Assembly: GCA_007132995.1 (NCBI GenBank)
Contig: SLNP01000023.1
Location: forward strand, 618 to 64,617
Direction of reading: 5' to 3'
From: Bacteroidales bacterium
Lineage (GTDB): Bacteria > Bacteroidota > Bacteroidia > Bacteroidales > VadinHA17
DNA: 64,000 nt
The notes beneath the pieces were generated by a model. It had not been told where the DNA came from, searched no databases, and saw only the letters and a list, made by a program, of their open reading frames with translations. This document shows, piece after piece, positions 29,194-39,737 of this stretch; within the stretch, counting starts at the first letter, position 1, and every line of letters starts with the position of its first letter. Both the position numbers and the translations under genes were made by a program.

Positions 29194-29315
29194 CTTGCTC
29201 TGAGTTTTTTACCGTCTTTTACTCCGGCCAGCTAAACTCCGCTTTAACAGGCCTTGAAAATCGAGTCGCAAAGGTCGTAATTTTATTTCAAACAAACAAA
29301 CATGGGGCGCTTTTT

Positions 29316-30551
29316 TTACTCCACATCCCTCTCCAGCTCCAATCTCAGAAGGTTAAGGGCGGCTATTGAAGATCTGGTAATGTTCACCTCTCTGTCCCAT
29401 GCGAAGCTATGTTCCTCTGTTATAGTGTTTTTCGGGGTAGATACCGCTATCCATACTGTGCCAGCCGGTTTGCTCTCTGTTCCTCCGTCAGGTCCGGCAA
29501 TACCGGTAGTTGCAATGGAATAGTCACTGCCTGTTACCTTTTTAACCCCTTCTGCCATTACCATGACACACTCCTCGCTTACCGCTCCCCGGATCTCTAT
29601 GGTACTCTCGGGTACTCCCAGAATGTCGGTTTTTAAACTATTGGAATAGGCCACAACAGACCCCTTGAAATAGTTGCTGCATCCAGGTATTGATACCAGA
29701 AGGGAGCTGATGGCTCCTCCGGTACAGCTTTCGGCAACAGATAGTGTCATCTGCCTCTCTGATAATAGCTCTGCAACCCTTTTCTCTATAGTCAGGTCAC
29801 CTTCGCCAACAATAATATCAGGTATTATCCGGTACAACTCCCTGATTTTTTCATCGGCCAACGCCTCTGCCCCTCTCCTGCCTGTGAATCTCAGGCGTAT
29901 TGTTCCATATGAGGGTAAATAGGCTATAGACAACTCTTCAGGAAGGGTCTGGCAAAATGGGTTCAGCCTCTCTGCAAGCTGCGCCTCCGGCAATCCATAT
30001 GTGATTACATAACGGTGAAAAATACCACCTGATGGGAGTAATGGTTTAAGCCCCGGAATCACATGCTCTTTCACAATATGCCTCATCTCATAGGGAACTC
30101 CAGGAAGAGATATGACTATTGAGCCTCTCTCCCTGAACCACATACCCGGTGCGGTTCCCATTCTGTTCATAAGTACCTTGCAGTTATCCGGCACCTTAGC
30201 CTGATCGCGATTATTCGCCGTTAACCCCACCCCCCTTTTGGCAAGAAGGTTTCTGATGTTTTCAAGAACCTCGCTGTTGGTTACCATAGTGGCACCAAAG
30301 TAGTCGGCCAGGCTCTTCTTGGTAATATCATCGCGGGTGGGGCCCAGCCCGCCGGTAATTATGACCAGATCAAGCCTGCCAACGGTGTCATCAAGTGCCT
30401 CTGTTATCGCTGCGGCACTGTCTGAAATAACATGAATTCCGGTAACATCTACCCCAAGGGTGTTAAGCTCAGAGGCTATAAATGCTGAATTGGAGTCGGT
30501 TGTCTGTCCTGTCAATATTTCATCTCCGACGGCAACTATCTCTGCTTTCAT
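29316..30551 (-). CDS. cinA: CinA family protein (MoCF-like domain plus PncC NMN deamidase)
   Basis: VGDEILTGQ, TGGLGPTRDD, AESCTGG, TTGIAGPDGG. Confidence 0.94.
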   Translation of the reverse strand: MKAEIVAVGDEILTGQTTDSNSAFIASELNTLGVDVTGIHVISDSAAAITEALDDTVGRLDLVIITGGLGPTRDDITKKSLADYFGATMVTNSEVLENIRNLLAKRGVGLTANNRDQAKVPDNCKVLMNRMGTAPGMWFRERGSIVISLPGVPYEMRHIVKEHVIPGLKPLLPSGGIFHRYVITYGLPEAQLAERLNPFCQTLPEELSIAYLPSYGTIRLRFTGRRGAEALADEKIRELYRIIPDIIVGEGDLTIEKRVAELLSERQMTLSVAESCTGGAISSLLVSIPGCSNYFKGSVVAYSNSLKTDILGVPESTIEIRGAVSEECVMVMAEGVKKVTGSDYSIATTGIAGPDGGTESKPAGTVWIAVSTPKNTITEEHSFAWDREVNITRSSIAALNLLRLELERDVE

Positions 30552-30625
30552 CTCATTTAGCCATTTGCATGTATCTCATCCACATAACGATACAGAGCAC
30601 AATCTATATCTGCCGATGAGACCAT

Positions 30626-31372
30626 TCAGGTTAGCATGCCTCCACAAACATTGATAACCTGGCCCGTAATATATCCTGACATATCGGAAGCGAGGAAGAG
30701 GGTAGCAGCAGCAACATCATCGGGAGTACCGCCTCTTTTAAGGGGAATCTTCTCCGCCCACTCCTTTTTGACATCCTCAGGAAGGCTATCTGTCATGTCG
30801 GTAAGAATAAATCCCGGTGCAATTGCATTGCATCTTATGCTACGAGAGCCGAGCTCCTTTGCAACACTCTTGGTGAAGCCTATTATTCCGGCTTTTGAGG
30901 CGGAGTAGTTTGACTGCCCGGCGTTTCCCGATACTCCAACTACAGAACTCATATTAATAATTGATCCGGAGCGCTGTTTCATCATCGGACGAAGAACCGC
31001 CTTTGTGAGGTTGAAAACAGATTTGAGGTTAACCTCAAGAACCTGATCCCATTGCTCCTCTGTCATCCTCATCAGTAGCGTGTCACGGGTTATTCCCGCG
31101 TTGTTTACAAGAATATCTATAGACCCGAACTCTTCAAGTACCTCTTCTGCGAGCTTCTGTGACTCTTCGAAGTTGGCCGCATTTGAAACATAGCATCGTG
31201 CTTTAACTCCGAGCTCCTCGCACTCCTTTGCTACCGCACAAAAGTCATCTTCCTGTACAATGTTGGTTATTGCAATATTGGCACCCTCGGCTGCAAGCCT
31301 TATGGCAATTGTTTTACCAATACCTCTTGAGGCCCCTGTTATAAGAGCCGTTTTACCCTCTAGCAGTTTCAT
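30626..31372 (-). CDS. fabG: 3-oxoacyl-ACP reductase
   Basis: TGASRGIG, NNAGITRD, GNAGQSNYSASK. Confidence 0.95.
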   Translation of the reverse strand: MKLLEGKTALITGASRGIGKTIAIRLAAEGANIAITNIVQEDDFCAVAKECEELGVKARCYVSNAANFEESQKLAEEVLEEFGSIDILVNNAGITRDTLLMRMTEEQWDQVLEVNLKSVFNLTKAVLRPMMKQRSGSIINMSSVVGVSGNAGQSNYSASKAGIIGFTKSVAKELGSRSIRCNAIAPGFILTDMTDSLPEDVKKEWAEKIPLKRGGTPDDVAAATLFLASDMSGYITGQVINVCGGMLT

Positions 31373-31437
31373 TGAAAAATGTTTATTGGTTAATACTATG
31401 ATATTAAAGGTGATGATGGTGCTATTGATACACCTGG

Positions 31438-32310
31438 TTACCGGCCTGTAAGGCGGGCAACTGTTTTCCCTATCTCAGCGGGAGACTCTATCACCTCTAT
31501 TCCACACTCTCTCATTATTGCGATCTTGGCATCAGCGGTATCTTCCTTCCCTCCTATAATGGCACCGGCATGCCCCATCTTCCTGCCCTTTGGCGCTGTC
31601 TTTCCGGCAATAAATGCGGCTACGGGCTTGGTTCCATTATCTTTAATCCACTTTGCCGCATCTGTCTCCATAGATCCGCCAATCTCTCCTATCACCACTA
31701 TGATTTCCGTATCCTGATCATCCATCATTAGCTTTACAGCATCGAGCGTAGTGGTACCGATTATCGGGTCTCCGCCGATGCCTATACAGGTTGACTGACC
31801 CATGCCAAGTTTGGTTATCTGGTCTACCGCTTCATAGGTAAGGGTTCCTGAGCGTGATACTACTCCTACCCCACCCTTCTGATGTATGAAACCCGGCATA
31901 ATGCCGACCTTGGCCTCTTCAGGGGTAATTATACCCGGACAGTTGGGGCCTATGAGGCGACAGTCATATCCCTTGAGATACTCTCTGACCCTTACCATAT
32001 CACTAACAGGTATACCCTCGGTAATGGCAACAATAACCTTGATGCCGGCCTCTGCCGCCTCCATGATGGCATCTGCCCCAAATCGGGGAGGCACAAAAAT
32101 TACAGAGACATCAGCATCTGTTTCAGAAACAGCATCAGAGACTGTATTAAATACGGGTAGGCCCAGGTGTTTCATACCTCCCTTGCCGGGGGTTACACCA
32201 CCGCTAACAGTGGTTCCATAACTTATCATCTGCTCAGCATGGAAGGTTCCTTCACTACCGGTGAAACCCTGTACAATTACTCTTGAATCTTTGTTGACCA
32301 GTACACTCAT
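31438..32310 (-). CDS. sucD: Succinyl-CoA synthetase alpha subunit
   Basis: [30 protein letters not shown]. Confidence 0.97.
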   Translation of the reverse strand: MSVLVNKDSRVIVQGFTGSEGTFHAEQMISYGTTVSGGVTPGKGGMKHLGLPVFNTVSDAVSETDADVSVIFVPPRFGADAIMEAAEAGIKVIVAITEGIPVSDMVRVREYLKGYDCRLIGPNCPGIITPEEAKVGIMPGFIHQKGGVGVVSRSGTLTYEAVDQITKLGMGQSTCIGIGGDPIIGTTTLDAVKLMMDDQDTEIIVVIGEIGGSMETDAAKWIKDNGTKPVAAFIAGKTAPKGRKMGHAGAIIGGKEDTADAKIAIMRECGIEVIESPAEIGKTVARLTGR

Positions 32311-32555
32311 GTTGATCTCATTTAATTAGAAACATCGATGCCGGAACCGGAACCGGAGCTTCAAATATAAATCAAAATAGCATGATTGACTATATTTTCC
32401 TGCTCTAATTGACCTGCTGTCATGTGACCATGCTGAAATAACGGCACCCGGCAGCTGCCCTGAAGCATTTGAGGGTGAGAGTGGTGTAGCTCTTGTGAAT
32501 AGTGAACTCATTTGGTTAATCTTTACTACTTTTGCATATCACCAAAGAGTATGTT

Positions 32556-33956
32556 ATGCTTAGGTATGAAGAGACCATATGCTCACCGGTGCATAAGCCG
32601 GGAACCGCCATATCGATAATACGACTGTCGGGCAGTGATGCCATATCGATAGTCGGAAGGGTTTTTACCCCTAAAGACAGAAGATCAATCGATGGTCTTC
32701 AGGGCTATACGCTGCTTTTGGGAGATATTACCGATGGCGACAGATACATTGACCAGGTTATGGTCTCTCTATTCAAATCACCCCGCTCCTATACCGGCGA
32801 GGATATGGCTGAGATCTCCTGTCACGGCTCGTGGTATATTCAGAGCAAGATAATGGAGCTGTTGATAAGAGAGGGTGCGATGGCTGCCCGTCCCGGTGAA
32901 TTTACCCGACGCGCCTTTATAAATGGTAAGATGGATCTGGTGCAGGCAGAGGCTGTTGCCGACCTTATAGCTGCAGAGGCTGAGGCGGCTCACCGTATAG
33001 CAGTAAATCAGCTCAGGGGTGGATACTCAGAGAAGTTTGGTGAACTGAGAAAAGACCTGCTTGAGCTGACGACCCTGCTGGAGTTGGAACTCGATTTTGC
33101 AGAGGAGGATCTGGAGTTTGCAGACCGGCGAAAGCTGCTTGAGCTTACCGAGAGGGTAAAGAGCTATTCGGACAGCCTTGCGGTAACCTTTTCGGCAGGT
33201 AATGCTATCAGGAAAGGGGTTCCCGTAGCAATTGCCGGCAGACCCAATGTGGGCAAATCGACACTGCTTAACGGAATACTGAATGAGGAGCGTGCAATCG
33301 TTTCTGAGATACCTGGAACCACCCGCGATTCCATCGAAGACACATATGTTATTGATGGCATTCTGTACAGGTTTATAGATACTGCCGGTATAAGAGCTAC
33401 CGATGACCGTATAGAGAGCATAGGCGTGAGAAAGGCTATAGAGAAGATATCCGGTGCAGCTCTGGTTATTTTTGTTACAGAGGGCTTTCTCGGACCTGAT
33501 GTGATAAAGGGAGAGGTTGGAGACTTCATTAATGATATGCTTGGCAGGGAGGCGCACCTGCTTGTGGTCGTAAACAAGTCTGATCTTGCCACCGATGGAC
33601 ATGCAGGTAAGATTGCAGGGTCGCTTTCCCTGCTTGGTGACTTTCCTGTTGTGTTTATGTCGGCCAGAGAGAGCTCTGACTATGACTCACTGCGTAGCGC
33701 CCTTGGCACATTGTCGGAGAAGCTGATGCAGTCGGGAGAAGATACCATTGTAACGAATGTCCGTCACTATGAGGCCCTTATCAAGGTGTCTGAAGCCGCC
33801 GGCAGAGCCGGTGATGCCCTTAAGGGCGGCCTCTCTTCCGATCTTGTTGCTGTTGAGGTCAGACATGCCATTCACTACCTTGGTGAAATTACCGGACAGG
33901 TGACAACCGACGAGGTGCTCGCCAATATCTTCAGCAACTTCTGCATCGGCAAGTAG
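32556..33956 (+). CDS. mnmE: tRNA modification GTPase
   Basis: SYTGED, PGEFTRRAF, GRPNVGKS, GTTRD, DTAG, C-terminal FCIGK. Confidence 0.97.
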   Translation: MLRYEETICSPVHKPGTAISIIRLSGSDAISIVGRVFTPKDRRSIDGLQGYTLLLGDITDGDRYIDQVMVSLFKSPRSYTGEDMAEISCHGSWYIQSKIMELLIREGAMAARPGEFTRRAFINGKMDLVQAEAVADLIAAEAEAAHRIAVNQLRGGYSEKFGELRKDLLELTTLLELELDFAEEDLEFADRRKLLELTERVKSYSDSLAVTFSAGNAIRKGVPVAIAGRPNVGKSTLLNGILNEERAIVSEIPGTTRDSIEDTYVIDGILYRFIDTAGIRATDDRIESIGVRKAIEKISGAALVIFVTEGFLGPDVIKGEVGDFINDMLGREAHLLVVVNKSDLATDGHAGKIAGSLSLLGDFPVVFMSARESSDYDSLRSALGTLSEKLMQSGEDTIVTNVRHYEALIKVSEAAGRAGDALKGGLSSDLVAVEVRHAIHYLGEITGQVTTDEVLANIFSNFCIGK

Positions 33957-34011
33957 TTGCCCTCTTATCCTTTATTCTTCAGAATTGTCTCTGTGCCTTG
34001 CCGGGTCTGGA

Positions 34012-35436
34012 TTAGCCGGTCAGCCATGTCCATATCATAACAGATATAAATGCAGCCATAGGACCTATCACTATAAGAAATAGGCCTCCGGGACGAAAAT
34101 CTTTCGCTTCTAGCAGACCCGTTGCGTAGGCTATAGCGTTGGGTGGGGTCGATACCGGAAGCAGAAGTGCACAACTGCAGCTGAGTGCGACAATAAGGGG
34201 CAGGGCTATGTTGAAGGGGGCAGGTAATGTTATTGCCAGAGGAATAAGTATCGCAGCCGCTGCGGTGTTACTCATAACATTCGATAGCACTACAGCTACA
34301 AGGCTGAATATGACGGCAACAATCAGTGTCGGTACCGGAAGGGTTTTGATGCCACTCATCACTATATCTGCCAGCCCAACATCTACCAGTGCAAGTCCCA
34401 GCGCGAGCCCGCCTGCAACCAGCATAAGTGTTTCCCATGGAAGCGATCTCACCTGGTCTGCTGTTATTACCTGGGTGAGAGTAAGAAGTACAATAGGTAC
34501 AGCTGCAGTTGCAGCTACGGGTATGCCGTGAAGTGGCTCTGTCAGCCATAGGGTAATGGTGATAAAGAAGGTGACGACTACTGCCCTTCTCTTGTATGGC
34601 TCAATATTGCCTGACTCTCTCTTTTCAACAAGGTCTGATACATCAATTTTTACCTCATCCAGATTCAATCTTCTGATAAGGTATTTGTAAAACAGCCAGA
34701 CAAGCAGAATGCCTGTCGGGAATCCAACTATCATCCACTCGACAAAAGAGATGGAAACACCTCTCTCCTGGAGAGCCCCAACAGCTATGGCGTTTGGGGT
34801 GCTGCCTATAATGGTGCCCATACCCCCTACAGTAGCTGCCGCGGGTATACCAATAAGAAGTGCCCTTGAGTAATTTGATTTCCGCCCAAGTGAGTGGACT
34901 ACAGGCAGTATAGATGATATCATCATGGCAGAGGTAGCGGTATTTGACATTATCATACTTACCAGGGCAGTTGTCATCATAAGTCCGAAAAGGAGCCTTT
35001 CCGGCGACTTCCCGAAACGCGTAACTGTTTGGCGGAAAATGTAGTGATCCAGTTCAACCTCCCGCATACCCAGGGCAAGGAAAAAACCTCCCATCAGAAG
35101 CCATACAACATTACTTGTCCATGTGCCCACATAGAGTTCTACCGGAGCACTCTCATCAATCAGAAAGTCGGTCCCGAAACCAAATAGCAGCATTGCAATA
35201 ATAAATATTCCAACGGCAAACGGAGGGATAGCCTCAGTTACCCAGAGGCCTACGGCCAATATGGTAAGAAGGAATACATAGTCTACAGCATCGCCGTAAC
35301 CTATTTGTCTGAAGAAGTAGGTGATGATGAGCGCAATGGCAAGATTACCTATAAAGGTAGAGGTGTTAAAAACCCATGCTAGCCCTGTTCTTCCGTAGTA
35401 CTTGAGCGCTGCCCGTCTGCTGTCGTTAGATGACAT
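34012..35436 (-). CDS. DASS/SLC13 family sodium:anion symporter
   Basis: Two MSNTA motifs, IGSTPNAI, PVSTPPNAI. Confidence 0.92.
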   Translation of the reverse strand: MSSNDSRRAALKYYGRTGLAWVFNTSTFIGNLAIALIITYFFRQIGYGDAVDYVFLLTILAVGLWVTEAIPPFAVGIFIIAMLLFGFGTDFLIDESAPVELYVGTWTSNVVWLLMGGFFLALGMREVELDHYIFRQTVTRFGKSPERLLFGLMMTTALVSMIMSNTATSAMMISSILPVVHSLGRKSNYSRALLIGIPAAATVGGMGTIIGSTPNAIAVGALQERGVSISFVEWMIVGFPTGILLVWLFYKYLIRRLNLDEVKIDVSDLVEKRESGNIEPYKRRAVVVTFFITITLWLTEPLHGIPVAATAAVPIVLLTLTQVITADQVRSLPWETLMLVAGGLALGLALVDVGLADIVMSGIKTLPVPTLIVAVIFSLVAVVLSNVMSNTAAAAILIPLAITLPAPFNIALPLIVALSCSCALLLPVSTPPNAIAYATGLLEAKDFRPGGLFLIVIGPMAAFISVMIWTWLTG

Positions 35437-35444
35437 ATCTCTGA

Positions 35445-35864
35445 TTAATGGCGGTTAGTCCAAAACAGTATAGATCGCCTTACCCTCAGGGGGTAGCCAG
35501 ACTCTTTCCATCCGGTAATCCCGTCGGTTATGAAATAGATGGTGCCCCGGTACTCCATCTCCTTAAGTGCCTCAATAAACCTGCCTGATCTGTTATTTGT
35601 AGTGCAATAGATAACTATCTCTCTCTTGTCAAGATACCTTCTGATGCGTCTCTGGCTATTCTCCTGATTGATATCGATATTGACCGCGCCCCGGATATGG
35701 CCCGACCGGTACATTTCGGACGATCGGGCGTCAATAATCACCGAGTGTCTGCGCTTCAGGGTATCCGATATCTCAGGGAAATCTGACGCCTCAATGCTGA
35801 TAACAGATTGTGCGTCAGCCGATATTGCAATAAATGCGAAAATAGCAGCTACAAAAAGTCGCAT
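35445..35864 (-). CDS. Exported rhodanese-like protein
   Basis: Signal peptide, IIDAR...GHIRGA, YCTTNNRS active-site loop, GITGW. Confidence 0.88.
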   Translation of the reverse strand: MRLFVAAIFAFIAISADAQSVISIEASDFPEISDTLKRRHSVIIDARSSEMYRSGHIRGAVNIDINQENSQRRIRRYLDKREIVIYCTTNNRSGRFIEALKEMEYRGTIYFITDGITGWKESGYPLRVRRSILFWTNRH

Positions 35865-35906
35865 GATAGCTATACGAAAACTCCGTAATAAAAGATGATC
35901 TTAAGA

Positions 35907-36359
35907 CTATGCAAGCTTAACCCTGCAGGCATTCATCCCCTTTGGACCCTTTTCAATGTCATAGACAACCCTGTCGTTCTCATCAATAACATCGATGGTG
36001 TCATTCACATGAAAGAATACTCTCTCATTGGAGATCTTGTCAATGATAAAACCGAAACCCTTGGAACTGTTGAAAAAGGAGACCTTGCCCTCTCTTCTGC
36101 CGGTCATCTCCTCCTCTTCCTCCTTTTTGGATACGCTGACTTCGATATCCTCCGCCTTAACTACACTCTTTTCATCCGGATCGGGTGGCGTATCGGTTAT
36201 ATTTCCGAATTCGTCAACATAGGCTATCATATCGTCGAACGATTTGCCCTGCTCACTGTTTTGTTTTCGCCCCTCCCGTTTCGCCAGCTTCTCTTTTTTC
36301 TTTTTCTCTCTCTTTTTTTCTCTCTCTTTTTTGCTGAATGATTCCTGCGATCTGCCCAT
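35907..36359 (-). CDS. Cold-shock domain protein with basic/acidic N-terminal extension
   Basis: GKVSFFNSSKGFGFI...VFFH CSD; AYVDEFGNITDTPPDP N-terminal motif. Confidence 0.92.
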   Translation of the reverse strand: MGRSQESFSKKEREKKREKKKKEKLAKREGRKQNSEQGKSFDDMIAYVDEFGNITDTPPDPDEKSVVKAEDIEVSVSKKEEEEEMTGRREGKVSFFNSSKGFGFIIDKISNERVFFHVNDTIDVIDENDRVVYDIEKGPKGMNACRVKLA

Positions 36360-36461
36360 ATAACATTTTTGATTCTTAATAGGATTTTGGCAAAGGTACT
36401 TATAAATTCATTAATAGAGAACAGCGACCTGGCTCTCATGACCAATTCAGAGGGAAGGGAG

Positions 36462-36496
36462 AAAAAAAAATGGGAAGCCTCCGGGGGCTTCCCATT
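36462..36496 (-). terminator. Intrinsic terminator of the V-ATPase operon
   Basis: AATGGGAAGCC...GGCTTCCCATT stem plus U run on the minus strand. Confidence 0.9.
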
Positions 36497-36525
36497 CTGT
36501 AATCACCTTATATTCTGTCTTATAC

Positions 36526-37029
<504 letters not shown>

Positions 37030-37032
37030 TTA

Positions 37033-39114
37033 CTATTTGTTTACTCTAAAGGGTTTATATGCTTTTCCACCTCCCCTGAAACCGGCGTTTTTATAAAACT
37101 CAACGAAGGTAAGCCTCATCGGGTGAATGAATCCGCCCAGTGATGCCATAAATATGTTTATGGAGTGGCCAATAAGAAGCAGAAGCACGAAAAATAGCCA
37201 TCCGATATATGGTATTGAGAGAAACTGGGATGCAATATCATTAAAGACAAATCCCAGAATCGCAGATGATATCCCAAGTGCGAAAAGCCTGATATAGGAG
37301 AGAAGATCTCCAAATACACCTGTAAGCACATTATAGGTATCCCACACACCACTTCCTATTCTGAAGAAAATATTAAGTGCAGGGTTGTTTAGCAGGAATA
37401 TCAGCACCAACGATATAACGGCAAAAATATTGAACAGGGTGGTACCTCCGCCCTCTCTGATAATACCTACAGCTTCACCTCCCTTGAAGATGATGAGGTT
37501 TATTATCAAGAGCACCCATCCAACTGTTGCCAGGCTGTACCTGAAACCCTTCTGTATGGTTATATTGATAATCTTAACAACCATTCCGAAGATTATCTGC
37601 AGGGCCCCTATCAATATGGCCAGATAGAACATATTGATAGGTTCCTGCATGAGATGCCTGAAGCTTTTAAGCAGTGAGAAGTCGGGCTCTGCACTTCTGA
37701 GAAGAGCAGTACGATGAGGATTCACCTCGCTCTCCATAACTGACTCCATAAGGGTTTCTCTCTCCGGCCTGGGAAGTTGATCCAGATCGCCGGCAATGGC
37801 AGTTGCTCTTGTGGCTGTTATCTCTTCCAGGTAGTCGGATCGCCCCTCTATGCGAACACCCTCCATTGACGAGAGAGCTTCAATTACCGGCGTCGGAACA
37901 CCATCTTCCCGGGCCTCTGCAATGCTCTCCGCGGTGACTCTGTAGCCAGAGTCAATAAGGTTCATTCCAAAAAATGTACCTGATATAAGGCCGAACAACA
38001 CAGTGGCAATACCAAGGTATTTTGCAAGTGACATAATCGGTCTTAATGAGGGCTTTACTCTGTTATACAGAAGGAAACCCGCCCCGATAAATATTAGTCC
38101 GTACCCTGCATCTCCAAGACAGAAGCCAAAAAACATCATAAAGAAAGGTGCGAAGAATGGGGTAAGATCGAGCTCCCTGTAATCGGGCAGATCGAACAGT
38201 TTTGAGATGGGCTCAAACAGCTTTGCAAAGCTGTTGTTCCTGAGCAGCACAGGTATCTTTTCCCCTGGTTCGGGTTCAGATTCCATATAGTAGCAGCCGG
38301 TTTTATCCAGCCTACCTGTAAGCTCTCCGGCACTCTCTTCCGGTATCCATCCCTGTAGCACTATAAGCTTCCCGTCAGCCTCCTCAGCACCCTGCTTCTC
38401 TGCATTGCTGTACTCGATGCTGTTTATCAGCTCCCGCTTGCCATCTTCAAGTGAGTCAAGCCACTGCCGGGCGTTACCGGTAAGCTCTTCCACTATCTCC
38501 CTGTCACGGGCCTCCATCTGCTCTATTTCACTGTAAAGCTGTGGTGCAGACTTCTCTCCGGGCTTTTCCGGATCGGCATCTATATCTATGACCTCATCAG
38601 GTTTGTGAAGAACCACAAAGTAAATTTTCCCTCTTACCTGATTTATCACAGCTATATTGTAGCGCTTCTCCCACTCCTCATCAAACCTTTTTGAGGGGGA
38701 TGAGAAGAATGAGAACTGCCAGCCTTTTTCGGGAAGCTTTTCAATAGCCTTGAGGTCATAATCGCCCCACCCCTCGATCTTGACAGCGTCGCTTCTCATA
38801 AGCTGTATGGCAGAGCTTATCTCTTCGCGCTCTTCCAGCAGCCTTTCAACATCTCTCAAAACCTCATCGGGATTGCCCTTTTCTGCTTCACCCGGTTTGT
38901 CAGCTTCGCTCTCCGAAGAGAGCCTGTTCAATACCCTTATTGCCTTGTCATATCTTTTCAGCATCAGGGTTCTCTCATCTGCCGACTCTTCATCTTCATC
39001 ACTCCTGCCCATTTCCGCAATATGAACAACACCCTCTTCTCTTAATGTGTCAAGAAGATCATGATACTCCCTGTGGTATATAAGAAAGGTGAATTTTTTA
39101 AGTTTTGCTATCAT
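37033..39114 (-). CDS. ntpI: V/A-type ATPase subunit I
   Basis: GDAGYG, DLLSYIRLFAL, HPMRLTFVEFY. Confidence 0.95.
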   Translation of the reverse strand: MIAKLKKFTFLIYHREYHDLLDTLREEGVVHIAEMGRSDEDEESADERTLMLKRYDKAIRVLNRLSSESEADKPGEAEKGNPDEVLRDVERLLEEREEISSAIQLMRSDAVKIEGWGDYDLKAIEKLPEKGWQFSFFSSPSKRFDEEWEKRYNIAVINQVRGKIYFVVLHKPDEVIDIDADPEKPGEKSAPQLYSEIEQMEARDREIVEELTGNARQWLDSLEDGKRELINSIEYSNAEKQGAEEADGKLIVLQGWIPEESAGELTGRLDKTGCYYMESEPEPGEKIPVLLRNNSFAKLFEPISKLFDLPDYRELDLTPFFAPFFMMFFGFCLGDAGYGLIFIGAGFLLYNRVKPSLRPIMSLAKYLGIATVLFGLISGTFFGMNLIDSGYRVTAESIAEAREDGVPTPVIEALSSMEGVRIEGRSDYLEEITATRATAIAGDLDQLPRPERETLMESVMESEVNPHRTALLRSAEPDFSLLKSFRHLMQEPINMFYLAILIGALQIIFGMVVKIINITIQKGFRYSLATVGWVLLIINLIIFKGGEAVGIIREGGGTTLFNIFAVISLVLIFLLNNPALNIFFRIGSGVWDTYNVLTGVFGDLLSYIRLFALGISSAILGFVFNDIASQFLSIPYIGWLFFVLLLLIGHSINIFMASLGGFIHPMRLTFVEFYKNAGFRGGGKAYKPFRVNK

Positions 39115-39728
39115 GCAGTACCCTCCTCCGTTAAGGCGGCAGCTGCTGCCTGCCTGTTCTTAACTATCTTCTGAGCCGACTTATTGAGGTTCTCTTCATC
39201 TTCAAGAAACCTCTTTATCTTTCTTATCGCCTCTTCGTATGCCGGAATCTGTACCTTTTCGTATAGATTAACCTTCTGGGTAGTCTTCTTCCTTGCATGA
39301 TCGAGCAGCTCCATCTTCTCGATATAGATGTCGCGCTTTACCCGCATCTCAGTAAGCTCCTTAAGTATCCTTATGCCGTCTGCAAACCACTTGGGATTAT
39401 TGAACAGAACAAAAGGCTCTGTCTTAAACAGAACATCATTATACTCAGGTATCTTTATCCCGGCAATTTTACGCTTATCGACCTTTATCTCATCAACTCT
39501 CAGCAGCGTATCATCGAACTCGCCCCAGAGCCTGACTCCCTCACTGTACTTCTTGTACAGCTTATCGAGCTCCCTGTCAAGCTTTTCCGCGATGTCCTTC
39601 GCACGCTTCACTTCAGCACGCAGCGCAGACTCCTTGTTTTTCAGGATGGGCAGGGCCCTTACCCTGACATTAAGCTGCTTGTTGAGTAGTTGCAGTGAGG
39701 TCTTGTTATATTGAAACTTTATCGCCAT
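39111..39728 (-). CDS. ntpD: V/A-type ATPase subunit D
   Basis: LKNKESAL, TTQKVNLYEKVQIP; operon position. Confidence 0.94.
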   Translation of the reverse strand: MAIKFQYNKTSLQLLNKQLNVRVRALPILKNKESALRAEVKRAKDIAEKLDRELDKLYKKYSEGVRLWGEFDDTLLRVDEIKVDKRKIAGIKIPEYNDVLFKTEPFVLFNNPKWFADGIRILKELTEMRVKRDIYIEKMELLDHARKKTTQKVNLYEKVQIPAYEEAIRKIKRFLEDEENLNKSAQKIVKNRQAAAAALTEEGTA

Positions 39729-39737
39729 AGTTCACTT

